A program made the position numbers and the translations under genes. A stretch of DNA of 62,140 nt, counting the filler, from Nemertoderma westbladi (taxonomy: Eukaryota > Animalia > Xenacoelomorpha), in assembly GCA_032718475.1 (NCBI GenBank). It is 3 parts of 3 records of this genome, joined end to end, with 100 filler letters (N's around TTAATTAATTAA, not from the genome) between each part and the next. Parts side by side here need not be neighbours in the genome. Positions count along the whole stretch, not along the records: positions 18,054 to 46,611 come from JAUCBJ010008824.1; positions 46,712 to 62,140 come from JAUCBJ010005804.1; 1 more part is not named here. One strand, 5' to 3'. Positions 35,801-48,422 of the stretch are shown one piece after another; within the stretch, counting starts at the first letter, position 1; each line of letters begins with the position of its first letter. The notes below the pieces were generated by a model. The model saw nothing but the letters and a program-made list of their open reading frames with translations. It had not been told where the DNA came from and searched no databases.

Positions 35801-38800
35801 GTAGGACGTTAAAGAGTAAGTAAAGTACCTCCAGAACACCATCCTAGACGTCCTACGGGCCAGGGGGTGGCAGGACGTTAAAGAGTAAGTAGAACACCAT
35901 CCTAGACGTCCTACGGGCCAGGGCGTGGCAGGACGTTAAAGAGTAAGTAAAGTACCTCCAGAACACCATCCTAGACGTCCTACGGGCCAGGGGGTGGCAG
36001 GACGTTAAAGAGTAAGTAGAACACCATCCTAGACGTCCTACGGGCCAGGGGGTGGCAGGACGTTAAAGAGTAAGTAGAACACCATCCTAGACGTCCTACG
36101 GCCCAGGGGGTGGCAGGACGTTAAAGAGTAAGTAAAGTACCTCCAGAACACCATCCTAGACGTCCTACGGGCCAGGGGGTAGCAGGACGTTAAAGAGTAA
36201 GTAGAACACCATCCTAGACGTCCTACGGGCCAGGGGGTGGCAGGACGTTAAAGAGTAAGTAGAACACCATCCTAGACGTCCTACGGCCCAGGGGGTGGCA
36301 GGACGTTAAAGAGTAAGTAGAACACCATCCTAGACGTCCTACGGCCCAGGGGGTGGCAGGACGTTAAAGAGTAAGTAGAACACCATCCTAGACGTCCTAC
36401 GGCCCAGGGGGTGGCAGGACGTTAAAGAGTAAGTAAAGTACCTCCAGAACACCATCCTAGACGTCCTACGGGCCAGGGGGTGACAGGACGTTATGAGTAA
36501 GTAAAGTACCTCCAGAACACCATCCTAGACGTCCTACGGCCCAGGGGGTGGCAGGACGTTAAAGAGTAAGTAGAACACCATCCTAGACGTCCTACGGCCC
36601 AGGGGGTGGCAGGACGTTAAAGAGTAAGTAAAGTACCTCCAGAACACCATCCTAGACGTCCTACGGGCCAGGGGGTGGCAGGACGTTAAAGAGTAAGTAA
36701 AGTACCTCCAGAACACCATCCTAGACGTCCTACGGCCCAGGGGGTGGCAGGACGTTAAAGAGTAAGTAGAACACCATCCTAGACGTCCTACGGGCCAGGG
36801 GATGGCAGGACGTTAAAGAGTAAGTAAAGTACCTCCAGAACACCATCCTAGACGTCCTACGGGCCAGGGGGTGACAGGACGTTAAAGAGTAAGTAGAACA
36901 CCATCCTAGACGTCCTACGGCCCAGGGGGTGGCAGGATGTTAAAGAGTAAGTAGAACACCATCCTAGACGTCCTACGGCCCAGGGGGTGGCAGGACGTTA
37001 AAGAGTAAGTAGAACACCATCCTAGACGTCCTACGGCCCAGGGGGTGGCAGGACGTTAAAGAGTAAGTAGAACACCATCCTAGACGTCCTACGGCCCAGG
37101 GGGTGGCAGGACGTTAAAGAGTAAGTAGAACACCATCCTAGACGTCCTACGGGCCAGGGGGTGGCAGGACGTTAAATAGTAAGTAAAGTACCTCCAGAAC
37201 ACCATCCTAGACGTCCTACGGCCCAGGGGGTGGCAGGAAGTTAAAGAGTAAGTAAAGTACCTCCAGAACACCATCCTAGACGTCCTACGGGCCAGGGGGT
37301 GGCAGGACGTTAAAGAGTAAGTAGAACACCATCCTAGACGTGCCACGGCCCGGGGGTGGCAGGACGTTAAAGAGTAAGTAAAGTACCTGCAGAACACCAT
37401 CCTAGACGTCCTACGGGCCAGGGAGTGGCAGGACGTTAAAGAGTAAGTAAAGTACCTCCAGAACACCATCCTAGACGTCCTACGGGCCAGGGGGTGACAG
37501 GACGTTAAAGAGTAAGTAAAGTACCTCCAGAACACCATCCTAGACGTCCTACGGGCCAGGGGGTGGCAGGACGTTAAAGAGTAAGTAGAACACCATCCTA
37601 GACGTCCTACGGCCCAGGGGGTGGCAGGACGTTAAAGAGTAAGTAAAGTACCTCCAGAACACCATCCTAGACGTCCTACGGGCCAGGGGGTGCCAGGACG
37701 TTAAAGAGTAAGTAAAACACCATCCTAGACGTCCTACGGGCCAGGGAGTGGCAGGACGTTAAAGAGTAAGTAAAGTACCTCCAGAACACCATCCTAGACG
37801 TCCTACGGGCCAGGGGGTGACAGGACGTTAAAGAGTAAGTAAAGTACCTCCAGAACACCATCCTAGACGTCCTACGGGCCAGGGGGTGCCAGGACGTTAA
37901 AGAGTAAGTAAAACACCATCCTAGACGTCCTACGGGCCAGGGGGTGGCAGGACGTTAAAGAGTAAGTAAAGTACCTCCAGAACACCATCCCAGACGTCCT
38001 ACGGGCCAGGGAGTGGCAGGACGTTAAAGAGTAAGTAAAGTACCTCCAGAACACCATCCTAGACGTCCTACGGGCCAGGGGGTGGCAGGACGTTAAAGAG
38101 TAAGTAGAACACCATCCTAGACGTCCTACGGGCCAGGGGGTGGCAGGACGTTAAACAGTACGTAGAACACCATCCTAGACGTCCTACGGGCCAGGGAATG
38201 GCAGGATGTTAAAGAGTAAGTAGAACACCATCCTAGACGTCCTACGGGCCAGGGGATGGCAGGATGTTAAAGAGTAAGTAAAGTACCTCCAGAACACCAT
38301 CCCAGACGTCCTACGGGTCAGGGGGTGGCAGGACGTTAAAGAGTAAGTAGAACACCATCCTAGACGTCCTACGGCCCAGGGGATGGCAGGACGTTAAAGA
38401 GTAAGTAAAGTACCTCCAGAACACCATCCTAGACGTCCTACGGGCCAGGGGGTGGCAGGACGTTAAAGAGTAAGTAAAGTACCTCCAGAACACCATCCTA
38501 GACGTCCTACGGCCTAGGGGGTGGCAGGACGTTAAAGGGTAAGTAGAACACCATCCTAGACGTCCTACGGCCCAGGGGGTGGCAGGACGTTAAAGAGTAA
38601 GTAAAGTACCTCCAGAACACCATCCTAGACGTCCTACGGGCCAGGGGGTGGCAGGACGTTAAAGAGTAAGTAGAACACCATTCTAGACGTCCTACGGGCC
38701 AGGGGGTGACAGGACGTTAAAGAGTAAGTAAAGTACCTCCAGAACACCATCCTAGACGTCCTACGGGCCAGGGGGTGGCAGGACGTTAAAGAGTAAGTAG

Positions 38801-41800
38801 AACACCATCCTAGACGTGCCACGGCCCGGGGGTGGCAGGACGTTAAAGAGTAAGTAGAACACCATCCTAGACGTCCTACGGGCCAGGGGGTGGTAGGACG
38901 TTAAAGAGTAAGTAAAGTACCTCCAGAACACCATCCTAGACGTCCTACGGGCCAGGGGGTGGCAGGACGTTAAAGAGTAAGTAGAACACCATCCTAGACG
39001 TCCTACGGGCCAGGGCGTGGCAGGACGTTAAAGAGTAAGTAAAGTACCTCCAGAACACCATCCTCGACGTCCTACGGGCCAGGGAGTGGCAGGACGTTAA
39101 AGAGTAAGTAGAACACCATCCTAGACGTCCTACGGCCCAGGGGGTGGCAGGACGTTGAAGAGTAAGTAAAGTACCTCCAGAACACCATCCTAGACGTCCT
39201 ACGGGCCAGGGGGTAGCAGGACGTTAAAGAGTAAGTAGAACACCATCCTAGACGTCCTACGGGCCAGGGGGTGGCAGGACGTTAAAGAGTAAGTAGAACA
39301 CCATCCTAGACGTCCTACGGCCCAGGGGGTGGCAGGACGTTAAAGAGTAAGTAGAACACCATCCTAGACGTCCTACGGCCCAGGGGGTGGCAGGACGTTA
39401 AAGAGTAAGTAGAACACCATCCTAGACGTCCTACGGGCCAGGGGGTGGCAGGACGTTAAAGAGTAAGTAGAACACCATCCTAGACGTCCTACGGCCCAGG
39501 GGGTGGCAGGACGTTAAAGAGTAAGCCTCCAGAACACCATCCTAGACGTCCTACGGCCCAGGGGGTGGCAGGACGTTAAAGAGTAAGTAGAACACCATCC
39601 TAGACGTCCTACGGCCCAGGGGGTGGCAGGACGTTAAAGAGTAAGTAAAGTACCTCCAGAACACCATCCTAGACGTCCTACGGGCCAGGGGGTGGCAGGA
39701 CGTTAAAGAGTAAGTAAAGTACCTCCAGAACACCATCCTAGACGTCCTACGGCCCAGGGGGTGGCAGGACGTTAAAGAGTAAGTAGAACACCATCCTAGA
39801 CGTCCTACGGCCCAGGGGGTGGCAGGACGTTAAAGAGTAAGTAAAGTACCTCCAGAACACCATCCTAGACGTCCTACGGGCCAGGGGGTGGCAGGACGTT
39901 AAAGAGTAAGTAAAGTACCTCCAGAACACCATCCTAGACGTCCTACGGCCCAGGGGGTGGCAGGACGTTAAAGAGTAAGTAGAACACCATCCTAGACGTC
40001 CTACGGGCCAGGGGATGGCAGGACGTTAAAGAGTAAGTAAAGTACCTCCAGAACACCATCCTAGACGTCCTACGGGCCAGGGGGTGACAGGACGTTAAAG
40101 AGTAAGTAGAACACCATCCTAGACGTCCTACGGCCCAGGGGGTGGCAGGATGTTAAAGAGTAAGTAGAACACCATCCTAGACGTCCTACGGCCCAGGGGG
40201 TGGCAGGACGTTAAAGAGTAAGTAGAACACCATCCTAGACGTCCTACGGCCCAGGGGGTGGCAGGACGTTAAAGAGTAAGTAGAACACCATCCTAGACGT
40301 CCTACGGCCCAGGGGGTGGCAGGACGTTAAAGAGTAAGTAGAACACCATCCTAGACGTCCTACGGGCCAGGGGGTGGCAGGACGTTAAAGAGTAAGTAAA
40401 GTACCTCCAGAACACCATCCTAGACGTCCTACGGCCCAGGGGGTGGCAGGAAGTTAAAGAGTAAGTAAAGTACCTCCAGAACACCATCCTAGACGTCCTA
40501 CGGGCCAGGGGGTGGCAGGACGTTAAAGAGTAAGTAGAACACCATCCTAGACGTGCCACGGCCCGGGGGTGGCAGGACGTTAAAGAGTTAGTAAAGTACC
40601 TGCAGAACACCATCCTAGACGTCCTACGGGCCAGGGAGTGGCAGGACGTTAAAGAGTAAGTAAAGTACCTCCAGAACACCATCCTAGACGTCCTACGGGC
40701 CAGGGGGTGACAGGACGTTAAAGAGTAAGTAAAGTACCTCCAGAACACCATCCTAGACGTCCTACGGGCCAGGAGGTGGCAGGACGTTAAAGAGTAAGTA
40801 GAACACCATCCTAGACGTCCTACGGCCCAGGGGGTGGCAGGACGTTAAAGAGTAAGTAAAGTACCTCCAGAACACCATCCTAGACGTCCTACGGGCCAGG
40901 GGGTGCCAGGACGTTAAAGAGTAAGTAGAACACCATCCTAGACGTCCTACGGGCCAGGGAGTGGCAGGACGTTAAAGAGTAAGTAAAGTACCTCCAGAAC
41001 ACCATCCTAGACGTCCTACGGGCCAGGGGGTGGCAGGACGTTAAAGAGTAAGTAAAGTACCTCCAGAACACCATCCCAGACGTCCTACGGGCCAGGGAGT
41101 GGCAGGACGTTAAAGAGTAAGTAAAGTACCTCCAGAACACCATCCTAGACGTCCTACGGGCCAGGGGGTGGCAGGACGTTAAAGAGTAAGTAGAACACCA
41201 TCCTAGACGTCCTACGGGCCAGGGGGTGGCAGGACGTTAAACAGTACGTAGAACACCATCCTAGACGTCCTACGGGCCAGGGAATGGCAGGATGTTAAAG
41301 AGTAAGTAGAACACCATCCTAGACGTCCTACGGGCCAGGGGATGGCAGGATGTTAAAGAGTAAGTAAAGTACCTCCAGAACACCATCCCAGACGTCCTAC
41401 GGGTCAGGGGGTGGCAGGACGTTAAAGAGTAAGTAGAACACCATCCTAGACGTCCTACGTCCCAGGGGATGGCAGGACGTTAAAGAGTAAGTAAAGTACC
41501 TCCAGAACACCATCCTAGACGTCCTACGGGCCAGGGGGTGGCAGGACGTTAAAGAGTAAGTAAAGTACCTCCAGAACACCATCCTAGACGTCCTACGGCC
41601 TAGGGGGTGGCAGGACGTTAAAGGGTAAGTAGAACACCATCCTAGACGTCCTACGGCCCAGGGGGTGGCAGGACGTTAAAGAGTAAGTAAAGTACCTCCA
41701 GAACACCATCCTAGACGTCCTACGGGCCAGGGGGTGGCAGGACGTTAAAGAGTAAGTAGAACACCATTCTAGACGTCCTACGGGCCAGGGGGTGACAGGA

Positions 41801-44800
41801 CGTTAAAGAGTAAGTAAAGTACCTCCAGAACACCATCCTAGACGTCCTACGGGCCAGGGGGTGGCAGGACGTTAAAGAGTAAGTAGAACACCATCCTAGA
41901 CGTGCCACGGCCCGGGGGTGGCAGGACGTTAAAGAGTAAGTAGAACACCATCCTAGACGTCCTACGGGCCAGGGGGTGGTAGGACGTTAAAGAGTAAGTA
42001 AAGTACCTCCAGAACACCATCCTAGACGTCCTACGGGCCAGGGGGTGGCAGGACGTTAAAGAGTAAGTAGAACACCATCCTAGACGTCCTACGGGCCAGG
42101 GCGTGGCAGGACGTTAAAGAGTAAGTAAAGTACCTCCAGAACACCATCCTCGACGTCCTACGGGCCAGGGAGTGGCAGGACGTTAAAGAGTAAGTAGAAC
42201 ACCATCCTAGACGTCCTACGGCCCAGGGGGTGGCAGGACGTTGAAGAGTAAGTAAAGTACCTCCAGAACACCATCCTAGACGTCCTACGGGCCAGGGGGT
42301 AGCAGGACGTTAAAGAGTAAGTAGAACACCATCCTAGACGTCCTACGGGCCAGGGGGTGGCAGGACGTTAAAGAGTAAGTAGAACACCATCCTAGACGTC
42401 CTACGGCCCAGGGGGTGGCAGGACGTTAAAGAGTAAGTAGAACACCATCCTAGACGTCCTACGGCCCAGGGGGTGGCAGGACGTTAAAGAGTAAGTAGCA
42501 CACCATCCTAGACGTCCTACGGGCCAGGGGGTGGCAGGACGTTAAAGAGTAAGTAAAGTACCTCCAGAACACCATCCTAGACGTCCTACGGGCCAGGGGG
42601 TGGCAGGACGTTAAGAGTAAGTAAAGTACCTCCAGAACACCATCCTAGACGTCCTACGGCCCAGGGGGTGGCAGGACGTTAAAGAGTAAGTAGAACACCA
42701 TCCTAGACGTCCTACGGCCCAGGGGGTGGCAGGACGTTAAAGAGTAAGTAAAGTACCTCCAGAACACCATCCTAGACGTCCTACGGGCCAGGGGGTGGCA
42801 GGACGTTAAAGAGTAAGTAAAGTACCTCCAGAACACCATCCTAGACGTCCTACGGCCCAGGGGGTGGCAGGACGTTAAAGAGTAAGTAGAACACCATCCT
42901 AGACGTCCTACGGCCCAGGGGGTGGCAGGACGTTAAAGAGTAAGTAAAGTACCTCCAGAACACCATCCTAGACGTCCTACGGGCCAGGGGGTGGCAGGAC
43001 GTTAAAGAGTAAGTAAAGTACCTCCAGAACACCATCCTAGACGTCCTACGGCCCAGGGGGTGGCAGGACGTTAAAGAGTAAGTAGAACACCATCCTAGAC
43101 GTCCTACGGGCCAGGGGATGGCAGGACGTTAAAGAGTAAGTAAAGTACCTCCAGAACACCATCCTAGACGTCCTACGGGCCAGGGGGTGACAGGACGTTA
43201 AAGAGTAAGTAGAACACCATCCTAGACGTCCTACGGCCCAGGGGGTGGCAGGACGTTAAAGAGTAAGTAGAACACCATCCTAGACGTCCTACGGGCCAGG
43301 GGGTGGCAGGACGTTAAAGAGTAAGTAAAGTACCTCCAGAACACCATCCTAGACGTCCTACGGGCCAGGGGGTGGCAGGACGTTAAAGAGTAAGTAGAAC
43401 ACCATCCTAGACGTCCTACGGCCCAGGGGGTGGCAGGACGTTAAAGAGTAAGTAGAACACCATCCTAGACGTCCTACGGGCCAGGGGGTGGCAGGACGTT
43501 AAAGAGTAAGTAGAACACCATCCTAGACGTCCTACGGCCCAGGGGGTGGCAGGACGTTAAAGAGTAAGCCTCCAGAACACCATCCTAGACGTCCTACGGG
43601 CCAGGGGGTGGCAGGACGTTAAAGAGTAAGTAGAACACCATCCTAGACGTCCTACGGGCCAGGGGGTGGCAGGACGTTAAAGAGTAAGTAAAGTACCTCC
43701 AGAACACCATCCTAGACGTCCTACGGGCCAGGGGGTGGCAGGACGTTAAAGAGTAAGTAAAGTACCTCCAGAACACCATCCTAGACGTCCTACGGGCCAG
43801 GGGGTGGCAGGACGTTAAAGAGTAAGTAGAACACCATCCTAGACGTCCTACGGGCCAGGGGGTGCCAGGACGTTAAAGAGTAAGTAAGAACACCATCCTA
43901 GACGTCCTACGGGCCAGGGAGTGGCAGGACGTTAAAGAGTAAGTAAAGTACCTCCAGAACACCATCCTAGACGTCCTACGGGCCAGGGGGTGGCAGGACG
44001 TTAAAGAGTAAGTAAAGTACCTCCAGAACACCATCCTAGACGTCCTACGGGCCAGGGGGTGGCAGGACGTTAAAGAGTAAGTAGAACACCATCCTAGACG
44101 TCCTACGGGCCAGGGGGTGGCAGGACGTTAAACAGTACGTAGAACACCATCCTAGACGTCCTACGGGCCAGGGAATGGCAGGATGTTAAAGAGTAAGTAG
44201 AACACCATCCTAGACGTCCTACGGGCCAGGGGATGGCAGGATGTTAAAGAGTAAGTAAAGTACCTCCAGAACACCATCCCAGACGTCCTACGGGTCAGGG
44301 GGTGGCAGGACGTTAAAGAGTAAGTAGAACACCATCCTAGACGTCCTACGGCCCAGGGGATGGCAGGACGTTAAAGAGTAAGTAAAGTACCTCCAGAACA
44401 CCATCCTAGACGTCCTACGGGCCAGGGGGTGGCAGGACGTTAAAGAGTAAGTAAAGTACCTCCAGAACACCATCCTAGACGTCCTACGGCCTAGGGGGTG
44501 GCAGGACGTTAAAGGGTAAGTAGAACACCATCCTAGACGTCCTACGGCCCAGGGGGTGGCAGGACGTTAAAGAGTAAGTAAAGTACCTCCAGAACACCAT
44601 CCTAGACGTCCTACGGGCCAGGGGGTGGCAGGACGTTAAAGAGTAAGTAGAACACCATTCTAGACGTCCTACGGGCCAGGGGGTGACAGGACGTTAAAGA
44701 GTAAGTAAAGTACCTCCAGAACACCATCCTAGACGTCCTACGGGCCAGGGGGTGGCAGGACGTTAAAGAGTAAGTAGAACACCATCCTAGACGTGCCACG

Positions 44801-46611
44801 GCCCGGGGGTGGCAGGACGTTAAAGAGTAAGTAGAACACCATCCTAGACGTCCTACGGGCCAGGGGGTGGTAGGACGTTAAAGAGTAAGTAAAGTACCTC
44901 CAGAACACCATCCTAGACGTCCTACGGGCCAGGGGGTGGCAGGACGTTAAAGAGTAAGTAGAACACCATCCTAGACGTCCTACGGGCCAGGGCGTGGCAG
45001 GACGTTAAAGAGTAAGTAAAGTACCTCCAGAACACCATCCTCGACGTCCTACGGGCCAGGGAGTGGCAGGACGTTAAAGAGTAAGTAGAACACCATCCTA
45101 GACGTCCTACGGCCCAGGGGGTGGCAGGACGTTAAAGAGTAAGTAGAACACCATCCTAGACGTCCTACGGCCCAGGGGGTGGCAGGACGTTAAAGAGTAA
45201 GTAAAGTACCTCCAGAACACCATCCTAGACGTCCTACGGGCCAGGGGGTAGCAGGACGTTAAAGAGTAAGTAGAACACCATCCTAGACGTCCTACGGGCC
45301 AGGGGGTGGCAGGACGTTAAAGAGTAAGTAGAACACCATCCTAGACGTCCTACGGCCCAGGGGGTGGCAGGACGTTAAAGAGTAAGTAGAACACCATCCT
45401 AGACGTCCTACGGCCCAGGGGGTGGCAGGACGTTAAAGAGTAAGTAGAACACCATCCTAGACGTCCTACGGCCCAGGGGGTGGCAGGACGTTAAAGAGTA
45501 AGTAAAGTACCTCCAGAACACCATCCTAGACGTCCTACGGGCCAGGGGGTGACAGGACGTTAAAGAGTAAGTAAAGTACCTCCAGAACACCATCCTAGAC
45601 GTCCTACGGCCCAGGGGGTGGCAGGACGTTAAAGAGTAAGTAGAACACCATCCTAGACGTCCTACGGCCCAGGGGGTGGCAGGACGTTAAAGAGTAAGTA
45701 AAGTACCTCCAGAACACCATCCTAGACGTCCTACGGGCCAGGGGGTGGCAGGACGTTAAAGAGTAAGTAAAGTACCTCCAGAACACCATCCTAGACGTCC
45801 TACGGCCCAGGGGGTGGCAGGACGTTAAAGAGTAAGTAGAACACCATCCTAGACGTCCTACGGGCCAGGGGATGGCAGGACGTTAAAGAGTAAGTAAAGT
45901 ACCTCCAGAACACCATCCTAGACGTCCTACGGGCCAGGGGGTGACAGGACGTTAAAGAGTAAGTAAAGTACCTCCAGAACACCATCCTAGACGTCCTACG
46001 GCCCAGGGGGTGGCAGGACGTTAAAGAGTAAGTAGAACACCATCCTAGACGTCCTACGGGCCAGGGGATGGCAGGACGTTAAAGAGTAAGTAAAGTACCT
46101 CCAGAACACCATCCTAGACGTCCTACGGGCCAGGGGGTGACAGGACGTTAAAGAGTAAGTAGAACACCATCCTAGACGTCCTACGGCCCAGGGGGTGGCA
46201 GGATGTTAAAGAGTAAGTAGAACACCATCCTAGACGTCCTACGGCCCAGGGGGTGGCAGGACGTTAAAGAGTAAGTAGAACACCATCCTAGACGTCCTAC
46301 GGCCCAGGGGGTGGCAGGACGTTAAAGAGTAAGTAGAACACCATCCTAGACGTCCTACGGCCCAGGGGGTGGCAGGACGTTAAAGAGTAAGTAGAACACC
46401 ATCCTAGACGTCCTACGGGCCAGGGGGTGGCAGGACGTTAAAGAGTAAGTAAAGTACCTCCAGAACACCATCCTAGACGTCCTACGGCCCAGGGGGTGGC
46501 AGGACGTTAAAGAGTAAGTAAAGTACCTCCAGAACACCATCCTAGACGTCCTACGGGCCAGGGGGTGGCAGGACGTTAAAGAGTAAGTAGAACACCATCC
46601 TAGACGTGCCA
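32899..46611. repeat. Satellite array (at least 13.7 kb) of 58-bp and 69-bp monomers with higher-order structure
   Basis: Monomer AGAACACCATCCTAGACGTCCTACGG(G/C)CCAGGGGGTGGCAGGACGTTAAAGAGTAAGT with or without AAAGTACCTCC; runs into the assembly gap. Confidence 0.98.
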
Positions 46612-46711
46612 NNNNNNNNNNNNNNNNNNNNNNNNNNNNNNNNNNNNNNNNNNNNTTAATTAATTAANNNNNNNNNNNNNNNNNNNNNNNNNNNNNNNNN
46701 NNNNNNNNNNN
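46612..46711. other. Assembly gap with artificial six-frame stop linker
   Basis: 44 N + TTAATTAATTAA + 44 N. Confidence 0.97.
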
Positions 46712-46870
46712 TGATTGATTGAATAAGAACATAGGAAAGATGGTAAATATCCCCCCCCCCCCGGAGACTCCCATGCTGTAAACTATTTTTACATTTCTTG
46801 GACCTCATCTGTACGTAAACACCATAGAATAATATTGATGACAATTTCCTATGTAAAACCAAGACAATAG

Positions 46871-47010
46871 ATTAGCCGTAACGCGACAATTAACCGTAAC
46901 GCGACTTTTTGAGTAGCCGTGTCGCGACTTTGAAAGTCGCGTTACGGCTACTCTCCCACAATATTAGCCGTAACGCGACATTAGCCGTAACGCCAGAACG
47001 CGACGACACC
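46871..47010. repeat. Subterminal repeat cluster (TAGCCGTAACGCGAC, direct and inverted), probable MITE end
   Basis: About five direct copies and one inverted copy. Confidence 0.55.
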
Positions 47011-47214
47011 CCGGTACATCCTTAGTTACAGACTCAACTCTCAAGCACAGGTGCGGATTATGTTCAGATTTGAATTTACTTTCATTTTGTCATTCTCCAA
47101 CTGCGTTATATATAATAACTTTTCAATTAAATAACAAGAATTAAATAGTTACATACATTAAAGCTACTGTATGACAATAATTTAATGCAATTGATAATTT
47201 TAGATAGCTCAAAT

Positions 47215-47523
47215 TATTGTTAAATATGCTGTGATCACATCCAACCACGAGCCGGTAGCTATGCAGCTGCGACGGGAACCCGGAAAGGAATTGATTGAAA
47301 AAGGGGGAGAAAACCGACAATAAAATACAGTACGTGGATGTTATCAACGAAAGTGCGAACAATTTTCCAAGCCGCGAGCAACAGGTCATTTATTGTGCCA
47401 TAAAAATTGTATAACATTTTGGTGGGCACAGTTTTTGCAAAGTCGGCAATGACGTCCAGGTGGGATCGAACTGGTGACCTCTGGGTTGGAAGACCGACGC
47501 TCTAACCATTCAGCTAGCGGCTC
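47215..47523 (-). mobile_element. tRNA-derived SINE
   Basis: Minus-strand head 47523-47451 has A box TAGCTGAATGG and B box AGTTCGATCC but broken cloverleaf stems, followed by a non-tRNA body. The 3' end is approximate. Confidence 0.65.
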
Positions 47524-47551
47524 AGGTAAAAGATAGACCTGGTAATACTAT

Positions 47552-47752
47552 CTGATACCTTGTACTGTATGTCCTCAATTTACCTCCTCATGGCCTCCCA
47601 TCTGCCAATACCATAATCTACTGATCACTATGCTCAATCCTAGAGTATTTGGCCGTCTTTAACCACTCGCTACAGTGGCAGCAGATAATGGTATGACAGT
47701 TGGGAGGCCACGAGCTGACGAGGAGGTAAATTGCGGACATACAAGGTATCAG
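47552..47752. mobile_element. About 200-bp foldback MITE
   Basis: CTGATACCTTGTA...TGTCCTCAATTTACCTCCTC is mirrored by GAGGAGGTAAATTGCGGACATACAAGGTATCAG. Confidence 0.7.
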
Positions 47753-47756
47753 GTGG

Positions 47757-48125
47757 TCCGGGTTGGGGTGACCCGGACCCGGAACCGGACCCGGCAAAAA
47801 AGACGCCGGGTACCGGGTTTTATTAAAATTAAGCAATTTGCGTGAATGAGAATGACAAGCCTGTTTGACATACCTATATACGTAGGTACCAGTACACAAA
47901 GTTGCCTAAAGCAGTAGGTAGTCAGGTAGTAGTAGCATCTTCTTAGATTTTATATCATTTTCGATTTTTTTTTCAATTTTTTTTCTTTTGATTTATAATT
48001 TTTTTCGATTTTTTATTATTTGTATCATTTTTGATATCACAAGTGTTGACCCGGACCCTGCGTTTTTGAGACAGACCCGGACCCGGAACCGGACCCGGAA
48101 AAATGTTCGACCCGGTCGTTTACTA
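47757..48125. mobile_element. hAT-like MITE fragment with GACCCGG repeats
   Basis: GACCCGGACCCGGAACCGGACCCGG blocks at both ends; terminates CGACCCGGTCGTTTACTA. Confidence 0.45.
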
Positions 48126-48422
48126 GTTCCGACTTTGTACATTACTGCATGCATTAGGCCTACTGCATTATGATTTCGGATTTCGCTTGGCCATGAATAA
48201 AGATGTAGGGTCTACCGGTACTGGGTATCGGTAGCTTAATTGTACGGTATCGTACTTCGGCATATTTCTGTATTTCAGTATTTGGAAACGATATAAATTT
48301 GATATTCTCTACCGGTAGTTCTGTAGGCCTAGTTTAAAAAAGACATCCTGACCTGAGCCTGACATCACACCGCCTGCCGTCACACTGCTGCACTGTAACA
48401 CTGACACATCACAATTCTACAA

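Noticed and set aside
32899-46611. Possible CRISPR-like array, or the many MVFWRYFTYSL ORFs
   Set aside because: No unique spacers and no cas genes; the ORFs are translations of satellite monomers.
47451-47523. tRNA gene (TCC anticodon-like loop)
   Set aside because: Acceptor, anticodon and T stems do not pair; treated as a SINE head.
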